From Octopus sinensis (lineage: Eukaryota): DNA of 28,167 nucleotides. Positions 20,161-28,167 of the stretch are shown here, one piece after another; within the stretch, counting starts at the first letter, position 1, and the number at the start of each line of letters is the position of its first letter. The position numbers were made by a program, and so were the translations under genes. The stretch covers positions 1-28,167 of the forward strand of contig NW_021836054.1 in the NCBI RefSeq assembly GCF_006345805.1. Reading direction: 5' to 3'. Under the pieces are notes generated by a model. That model did not search any database and was not told the DNA's origin. It saw only the letters and a program-made list of their open reading frames with translations.

Positions 20161-20760
20161 GGCGACGAGGTAATAGGATCATTAGCACGCCGAGCAAAAT
20201 GCTTAGCGGTATTTCATCCTGGCAGAAGCGTTAGCACGTCGGGCGAAATGCTTAACGGTATTTAAATTCCGCCGAGGTCGACTTTGCCTTTCATCCTTTC
20301 GGGGTCGATAAATTAAGTACCAGTTACGCACTGGGATCGATGTAATCGACTTAATCCGTTTGTCTGTCCTTGTTTGTCCTCTCTGTGTTTAGCCCCTTGT
20401 GGGAAGTAAAGAAATAGGTATTTCGCTTGCAGTTATGTTCTGAGTTCAAATTCCGCCGAGGTCGACTTTGCCTTTCATCCTTTCGGGGTCGATAAATTAA
20501 GTACCAGTTACGCACTGGGGTCGATGTAATCAACTTAATACCTATGTCTGTCCTTGTTTGTCCCCTCTATGTTTAGCCCCTTGTGGGTAATAAAGAAATA
20601 GGTATTTCATCAGTCATTACGTTCTGAGTTCAAATTCCGTCGAGGTCGATTTCGCCTTTCATTCTTTCGGGCTCGATAAATTAAGTACCAGTGAAACACT
20701 GGGATCGATGTGATCGATCACCCAAAATTCCAGGCCCTATGCCAATAGTAGAAAAGATTA
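20161..20760 (+). mobile_element. Three nested SINE-B-family copies: Y-tailed host (20161-20218 plus 20601-20760), X-tailed insert 1 (20219-20263 plus 20417-20600), 5'-truncated X-tailed insert 2 (20264-20416)
   Basis: Direct repeats GGTATTTCATC (20208-20218 and 20601-20611) and GGTATTT (20257-20263 and 20417-20423). The last segment ends in a different tail (CCCAAAATTCCAGGCCCTATGCC...AGAAAAGATTAT). Confidence 0.8.
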
Positions 20761-20763
20761 TAA

Positions 20764-22648
20764 TTATTATTGTTGTTGTTGTTTGTTGTTGTTGTTATTA
20801 TTATTATGATTATTATTTACTTTTTATCTGCATGTTTGTTACAATCACTCATCGAGACACACCCAGCATCCTAGGGCGAGTGAAAGATAAGTGGTGTTAC
20901 AGTGTAACTGAAATCTTGAGGAGGGGAAGTGGCAAGCGTAGTAGCGAATATCTTCATGTAATACAGCACAGACATTTAAATTGATAGGCTTTTCCTAGGG
21001 ATGTGGGCAGTACTTGTCAGCACAATATTTTGCATTTCTCTGAGACACAGTTCTCCTGGGATGTTATCTAGACGTTTATGACATCCTTTTTTTATCATAC
21101 CTAGGTCACCTACAATAACAAGACAGCTCTCGCTTTAGGATAAGAGATGTTACTGTTTGACTGAAAGCTTGGGGAGGGGACAGCAGTGAAATATCTTCAT
21201 GTAATTCTACATAGGCATTTAAATGGATAGGATTTTTCTCAGGATATGGACAGTACCTGTCAGCACAATCTTTTGAATTTCTCTGAGACATGGTTCTCCT
21301 GGGATGTTACCTAGATGTTTCTTACATCCCTTTTTTTATCATATCTTGAGTATCTACAATAACAGGAAGAGTTATTATTATTACTAATATTATTGTTGTT
21401 GTTGTTGTTATTATTATTATGATTATTATTTACTTTTTATCTGCATGTTTGTTACAATCACTCATCGAGACACACCCAGCATCCTAGGGCGAGTGAAAGA
21501 TAAGTGGTGTTACAGTGTAACTGAAATCTTGAGGAGGGGAAGTGGCAAGCGTAGTAGCGAAATATCTTCATGTAATACAGCACAGACATTTAAATTGATA
21601 GGCTTTTCCTAGGGATGTGGGCAGTACTTGTCAGCACAATATTTTGCATTTCTCTGAGACACAGTTCTCCTGGGATGTTATCTAGACGTTTATGACATCC
21701 CTTTTTTTATCATACCTAGGTCACCTACAATAACAAGACAGCTCTCGCTTTAGGATAAGAGATGTTACTGTTTGACTGAAAGCTTGGGGAGGGGACAGCA
21801 GTGAAATATCTTCATGTAATTCTACATAGGCATTTAAATGGATAGGATTTTTCTCAGGATATGGACAGTACCTGTCAGCACAATCTTTTGAATTTCTCTG
21901 AGACATGGTTCTCCTGGGATGTTACCTAGATGTTTCTTACATCCCTTTTTTTATCATATCTTGAGTATCTACAATAACAGGAAGAGTTATTATTATTACT
22001 AATATTATTGTTGTTGTTGTTGTTGTTATTATTATTATGATTATTATTTACTTTTTATCTGCATGTTTGTTACAATCACTCATCGAGACACACCCAGCAT
22101 CCTAGGGCGAGTGAAAGATAAGTGGTGTTACAGTGTAACTGAAATCTTGAGGAGGGGAAGTGGCAAGCGTAGTAGCGAAATATCTTCATGTAATACAGCA
22201 CAGACATTTAAATTGATAGGCTTTTCCTAGGGATGTGGGCAGTACTTGTCAGCACAATATTTTGCATTTCTCTGAGACACAGTTCTCCTGGGATGTTATC
22301 TAGACGTTTATGACATCCCTTTTTTTATCATACCTAGGTCACCTACAATAACAAGACAGCTCTCGCTTTAGGATAAGAGATGTTACTGTTTGACTGAAAG
22401 CTTGGGGAGGGGACAGCAGTGAAATATCTTCATGTAATTCTACATAGGCATTTAAATGGATAGGATTTTTCTCAGGATATGGACAGTACCTGTCAGCACA
22501 ATCTTTTGAATTTCTCTGAGACATGGTTCTCCTGGGATGTTACCTAGATGTTTCTTACATCCCTTTTTTTATCATATCTTGAGTATCTACAATAACAGGA
22601 AGAGTTATTATTATTACTAATATTATTGTTGTTGTTGTTGTTGTTGTA
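20764..22648 (-). repeat. Three near-identical ~615-bp tandem units, each a dimer of two diverged R4/Dong-clade LINE 3' ends, separated by (ATT)n(GTT)n
   Basis: Landmark ATCGAGACAC at 20851, 21464 and 22082. Minus-strand peptides are LVIVGDLGMIKKGCHKRLDNIPGELCLREMQNIVLTSTAHIPRKSLSI* (20976-21122) and LPVIVDTQDMIKK/GCKKHLGNIPGEPCLREIQKIVLTGTVHILRKILSI* (stop 21219-21221; one homopolymer frameshift). Both match the R4/Dong C-terminus pattern PV.VGALG...IQK..L.GTA.ILR. Confidence 0.85.
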
Positions 22649-22732
22649 GTTAAGTTGTTGTTGTTCGGATAGTAGTGGTGATGGTGATGGTATTTATGAT
22701 TGTTGATGTATCAGACAAAATACTTTCGTCTA

Positions 22733-22775
22733 TTTGAGGTCGATAAAATAAAGTACGAGTCACGTATCTCATCAC
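22733..22775 (+). mobile_element. Short SINE-B core fragment
   Basis: TTTGAGGTCGATAAAATAAAGTACGAGT matches the family core. Confidence 0.55.
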
Positions 22776-22932
22776 CACCACCGTCAACACCAACACCAAC
22801 ACCATATTCATCATTATCATTAACTTTTCCTTTTCTTTTTTTTTCAGGTAAGTGAAACTCCGACTCTGAATATCTGAAATCCCAAGGTATTTCAACATCT
22901 CTGATATTACACACAGTACATTTGAGTATTAT

Positions 22933-23186
22933 CTCCTTCCTTCAAACGGGAAGGAAGAGCTATTTTCATCGTTCTTGTGGCTATGGTGAAAGAATGTATC
23001 TGGTGGACGCGTCTGAAAGGATTGGAGACAAACACTTTCCTCTCTGGTCAATCTCTCATCAACTTCTTCAAGTATCACTTGAAAAGGGAAAATGAGAGTA
23101 GAGAGGCAAGTTTTGTTTAGCGAATGTTTCAAAAAAAAAGATGGGTGAATGTAGCAAGGATGGCACGTATGAATGACGAAGCCACC
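22933..23186 (+). pseudogene. Probable Tx1/L1-clade LINE ORF2 C-terminal fragment
   Basis: With two frameshifts it reads ...LVAMVKECIWWTRLKG...LINFFKYHLKR/MRVERQVL..ECF../RWVNVAR, resembling the K..IW..R ... F..RW end of Tx1-type ORF2. Confidence 0.55.
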
Positions 23187-23199
23187 TATGCATGTATCT

Positions 23200-23566
23200 A
23201 TACATACATACATACATGCATACATACATACATGCACACATACATACATATATATATATATATACATACATACACACATACATGCATAGATACATGCACA
23301 CATACATGCATAGATACATGCATACATGAATACATACATACATACATACATACATACATACATACATACATACATACATACATACATACATACATACATA
23401 CATACATACGAGCGCGCATATATACATGCAGGCATGTATAGAAAACTATACTGATAATGTCTAAATTCTAACCAGGGAATTGCTTCTTGGCTGGAAACAA
23501 GCTCTCCCCCACCTGGAGGTTAATTCTGAAACTAAAATCACGAATTCATCCATACATACATACACA

Positions 23567-23598
<32 letters not shown>

Positions 23599-24655
23599 TA
23601 CATACATACATACATACATACATACATACATAAATACATACATACATACATACATACATACATACATAATACATACATACATACATACATACATACATAC
23701 ATACATACATACATACATACATACACACATGCATACATACATACATACAAACATACACACATACATACATACACACATACATACATACATACATACACAC
23801 ACACATACATACATACATACATACATACATGCATACATACATACATACAAACATACACACATACATACATACATACATACACACACACATGCATACATAC
23901 ATACATACATACATACACACATACATACATACACACATACATACATACATACATAATACATACATACACACATACATACATGCATACATACATACATACA
24001 TACACACATACATACATACATACAAACATACACACATACATACATACACACATACATACATACATACATACATACATACATACATGCATACATACATACA
24101 TACACACATACACACATACATACATGCATACATACATACATACATACATGCATACATACAAACATACACACATACATACATACACACACACATACATACA
24201 TACATACATGCATACATACATACATACAAACATACACACATACATACATACACACATACATACATACATACATACATACACACATACATACATACACACA
24301 TACATACATACACACATACATACATACACACATACATACATACATACACACATACATACATACACACATACAAACATACACACATACACACATACATACA
24401 TACATACATACACACATACATACATGCATACATACATACACACATACATACCTACATACATACATACATGCATACATACATACATACACACATTCATACC
24501 TACATACAAACATTCATACCTACATACATACATACATACATACATACATACATACATACATACATACATACATACATACATACATACATACACACATACA
24601 TACATACATACATACATACATACATACATACATTTGCATATGTACACACATTCAT
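23200..24655. repeat. (CATA)n/(CA)n arrays (about 23200-23435 and 23550-24655) separated by a ~110-bp unique spacer
   Basis: Seen directly. Confidence 0.95.
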
Positions 24656-25135
24656 AAACCTTTATGAACCAATCTATGAAAGCAATTTTTTTTAAATCGC
24701 CTTTTTTATATACTATTTGTAGATTTTTCCTTCTACAATGTCGATTGTATTCAAATGTGACAATGCATGACATGAAAAATAATGCATTTTTAATATTACA
24801 CACACACACACACACACACACATGTATTTTTTTTTTGTTATTTATTAATTTTTTTTTTTTATTCATAAACTGACATGCATATGACACGAAGCTTTGCTTA
24901 GATATTTTTCAACTCTCGCTTCACACCTTCCATCTGATACAATCTCATTCTCCCACACGCACACACACATACACACATACACAACCACCCCCACACACAC
25001 GCACACATTCACACATATACACGCCAATAATTCACACGCGCGGACGCGCGGACGCGCAGACGAGCGTTCGAAACTGTCTTAAAGAATTACTTTCAAGATA
25101 TGCTTTTCGTTCGGGAGATTATTACAAAATATTAA

Positions 25136-25183
25136 TATGTGTGTGTGTGTGTGTGTGTTGTGTGTGTAAATATGTATGTGTGA

Positions 25184-25214
<31 letters not shown>

Positions 25215-25233
25215 CATACATCGTATATGTATG

Positions 25234-25265
<32 letters not shown>

Positions 25266-25421
25266 AGTATAAATATATATATACGTGTATATATATATAT
25301 ATAAATATATATACGTATATATATATATGTATATGTATGCATATATATACATTTATATGCATATATATAATGTACACGCATATACATATATATACTTCGC
25401 ATATATGTATATGCATATATA

Positions 25422-25452
<31 letters not shown>

Positions 25453-25465
25453 GCATGTGATTACA
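25136..25465. repeat. (TG)n/(TA)n compound microsatellite
   Basis: Seen directly. Confidence 0.9.
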
Positions 25466-25686
25466 TGCAAAGTTGATTAATAATTTTTATGCTGTTTTAC
25501 GTTTTTATCCTTTTTTTTCCATTTTAACCCATTTTACTTTCCGCTTTAATATATTTTTTAAAAATTCAATTACAATTTCTCGATATAGATTTCTTTGTCA
25601 TTTTCTCCAACCACGCTGAAAATAATTTTTTTTTAAATGTAATAAAAATAATGGCTTCAATATTTTAGTGCAAGGGTAGCTAGTTC

Positions 25687-25890
25687 AGAGGAGGTGCTAA
25701 GTCGACTGCATCGACCCCATTATTCAACTGGTACTTAATTTTCCGACTCCGTAAGAATGAAAGGCAAAAGTCGACCACGGCGGAATTTGAACTCACAACG
25801 TGAAGGTGGATAAAATGCCACTAATCATTTTGCCCAGCTTTTTAACGATTCCGTGTTCAAATTCTGGCACAAGACCAGCAATTTTGTGGG
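25687..25890 (-). mobile_element. Old SINE-B-family copy plus an adjacent Y-type tail fragment
   Basis: GTCGACTGCATCGACCCC...CTGGTACTTAATT...GAATGAAAGGCAAAAGTCGACCACGGCGGAATTTGAACTC is the reverse complement of the family core and B box. Confidence 0.8.
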
Positions 25891-26045
25891 TCAAGATACA
25901 TAACTGTAACTTAGTAAAAGGGAATACCCAACACCAGGGTAGGTCTATCACTCGTCAGATCAGAAGCTCTTGTGTGTTTGTCTTTTAGGCTGGTCCAGCA
26001 ATCATCAGCCCTTTTGCGAGGCCTTATCGCTACTTCACCATATTG

Positions 26046-26187
26046 CTTTTTATTTGCTTGCTGTGTGGCCTGGAACAACGTGAAATGAAACGGTTTGCTC
26101 ATGAACACAGCGAAACGCTTGATTCAGGAATCGAAACCACAATCTTATGATTATGAGTGCAACAACCTAACCACTAAACCACAAAGC
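26046..26187 (-). mobile_element. Old SINE-C 5' half
   Basis: The reverse complement reads TTTAGTGGTTAGG...GGTTTCGATTCCTG...GTGTTCATGAGCAAACC...TTTCACGTTGTTCCAGGCCACACAGC. Confidence 0.7.
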
Positions 26188-26456
26188 TACGCGTAATCAC
26201 TAAACATCCCTGCCCTGTAACTTAGTAACTCGGCCAAACACTATAAGTACCTATTTTAAAAGAACCACGGGTGTCAATTTTATGGAGTAAACTAGTTCTG
26301 AAGACAAACAGTCCACAGGCCGTATGTGTCGCGCAGGATAATTTGTTTGGCACACCTAACGAAAAGGTATCTAGTGCGATCCACCTGTATATGAACCACG
26401 TCTTATGTGACCCATTTCTCAAAAAAGTTTGCCTATGCCTGGTTTTAAATCTTCAC

Positions 26457-26505
26457 AGCGGTGCTCCAGCACAGGCCCTATCCAACGACTGATATGTGAA
26501 AGAAT
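26457..26505 (+). mobile_element. Degraded SINE-A-type tail
   Basis: GCGGTGCTCCAGCACAGGCC...ACGACTGA resembles GGCGGTGCTCCAGCATGGCCGCAGTCAAATGACTGA. Confidence 0.45.
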
Positions 26506-26583
26506 GCAAAAATACATATAAGACTTTTTTTTTTTTTACATCAAACTCAATTTTAAATTTATTCAAATCTAAACGTAAGCAAA

Positions 26584-26740
26584 AGGCAGTGAGCTGGCAG
26601 AATCGTTAGCGTGTCGGATAAAATGCTAAGAAGCATTTCTTCCAACTCCTTACATTCTGAGTTCAAATCTTCCACACTATTCCGAGGTCAGCTTTACGTT
26701 TCGTCCCTGCAGAGTCGATAAAATAAAGTACTGCCAAGTA
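26584..26740 (+). mobile_element. Old SINE-B-family copy
   Basis: GAGCTGGCAGAATCGTTAGC...TTCTGAGTTCAAAT...CCGAGGTC...GAGTCGATAAAATAAAGTAC. Confidence 0.8.
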
Positions 26741-27108
26741 TTTGGCCTTGAAACCCTGCAACGGACCAATGTCCTTTTGATGGGTTAATGTTGTGAATTC
26801 GGCTACTTATACTCAAAATAACCCTGGCAACCTATGTTATGAGCCCTAGGGCTCGAAATAAATGAAATAAAATAGATAAATAAATACATGAGAATTTGTC
26901 CTCACCCACAGCCATCAATTTCTTATTAGTTTAACTAGTAATTGGTACCTAAATATTTTCTATTTACAAAGGAATTTTTGGTTTTAAAAAATTATGGCTA
27001 ATTTTGCGGAAAATTTGTAAATAATTAAAACACCTCTTCATAATTCTTACTAAGGAAATATTTTCTCTTTCCCCTGGGTTCATGAATATTTATTCTTGTA
27101 TTCTAAAC

Positions 27109-27438
27109 TGGCACTCCGTCGGTTACCACGACGATGGTTCCAACTGATCCGTTCAGTGGGATAGCTTCTCGTGAAATTAACGTGCAAGTGGCTGAGCACT
27201 CCACGGTAACGCGTACCCATTATGCGGTTCTCGGGGAGATTCAGGATGACACAGCGTGTGACAAGGATGGCCCTTTGAAAAAAATACAGGCACTACACAT
27301 TTTTGCTAGCTGAGTGTGGACTGGAGGAACATTAAATAACGCTTCTTATTTAAGGTCGCAACACACCGCCGGGAATCGAAACCACGACGAAACGATCGTG
27401 AGCTGAAATACTCCAAACACTAAGCCTCGCATCTTCAC
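27109..27438 (-). mobile_element. Full-length diverged SINE-C copy
   Basis: Runs from GTGAAGATGCGAGGCTTAGTG (27438) through GGTTTCGATTCCCGGC to ...GTGGTAACCGACGGAGTGCCA (27109), collinear with 3828-4383. Confidence 0.85.
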
Positions 27439-27489
27439 TCTTGTACTTTAAACTCTGTACTTGAATGCAGCTCCACGATTTCCACCACC

Positions 27490-27491
<2 letters not shown>

Positions 27492-27524
<33 letters not shown>

Positions 27525-27590
27525 TCTCTTTCTCTCTCTTTCTCTCTCTTTCATTCTCTGTGTCTTTCTCCCATTCTCTCTCTCCCTCAC
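27492..27590. repeat. (CT)n microsatellite
   Basis: Seen directly. Confidence 0.9.
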
Positions 27591-28167
27591 TCATTATATC
27601 AATCAATAATTTCCTTCCTCTGTCCTCACCTTTTTCTCCTTAAAAATATTCACTTCTCTCAACCACTCTTATTGATCTACGCGTTCTGAAATATATAAAA
27701 CACAGATAAATTAATAAGCATACCATATTCGATAGCGTATACGATGCACTATTTTTCGAAGCAGATAATATCTCACCGGGTCCTATATGCTAATATCGCA
27801 CGCTTTAATGCACTCAAAACCTTTTTTTTATCTCAATATACGCTGAATATACTGGAGTGCACCTAATATGCCTTGCATCTTTTATGTCATAAAATACAGT
27901 AGTTTATGATAACGTTATGATTAATTTGATTTATAAACATTGTCAAATCACAACATATAACTAGAACCAAACACACGATGTTTAACCAGAAACCAAAAAA
28001 TATCTATCCCCTTTCCTTTCTTTCATTCAACTCTATATATCCCTCGAAGTCCCCTAAAAGACTCTCTTTCTCTTTTTTTATTCTTCTGCCCTAACGCAAA
28101 CACTTTTTGAAATTCGAACGTCAGAGAGTGAGGTTAATACCTTTTTTAAGAAGTTCCCAGTTATTGC

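Noticed and set aside
21106-22524. Three identical 61-aa ORFs MSQRNSKD...
   Set aside because: This is an alternative frame of the triplicated R4/Dong remnant; the meaningful frame is the IQKIVLTGT..ILR one.
18406-24745. Shared 14-mer CTACAATGTCGATT near two tetranucleotide arrays (possible Helitron-type microsatellite carrier)
   Set aside because: About one such match is expected by chance in 28 kb, the flanks do not align, and the orientation relative to the arrays differs.
5707-25480. Dozens of long ORFs (up to 490 aa) rich in C/V/Y/M, H/T/I/Y, H/Q or V/G
   Set aside because: They are translations of TG/TA, CATA and trinucleotide repeats that lack stop codons. They are open in several frames and on both strands, with no domain content.
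25970-26150. Possible exon after the acceptor-like TGTTTGTCTTTTAG
   Set aside because: The frame runs into an antisense SINE-C with no donor site or recognisable protein similarity.

Overview
AT-rich eukaryotic intergenic or intronic DNA with no recognisable host gene. The tRNA-derived SINE families, the LINE repertoire and the extreme microsatellite load point to an octopus (coleoid cephalopod) genome; this is an inference from repeat content. The long ORFs in the supplied track are artefacts of stop-free simple repeats. Reading through stops and frameshifts reveals remnants of five non-LTR or Penelope-type groups: a Penelope-like RT (about 1336-3460, minus) split by a 443-bp LTR-like cassette with a 4-bp TSD, CR1-clade 3' ends, an RTE/RTE-X 3' end with a TSD, R4/Dong-clade RT and C-terminal fragments (the latter triplicated as a ~615-bp unit), and a probable Tx1/L1 3' end. 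There are also four tRNA-SINE families (working labels A-D) and a TIR element carrying TTAGGG repeats. The strongest lead is SINE-B, which appears to insert repeatedly into one site (immediately 5' of GGTATTTC, between the A and B boxes) of its own family. The evidence is a fixed 3' junction, variable 5' truncation and 7-13-bp target duplications, and the outcome is nested and tandem ~184-bp arrays. Two tandem duplications carry long-read-like indel noise, so assembly artefact must be excluded. All family assignments come from motif recognition, not database searches, and most boundaries are approximate.
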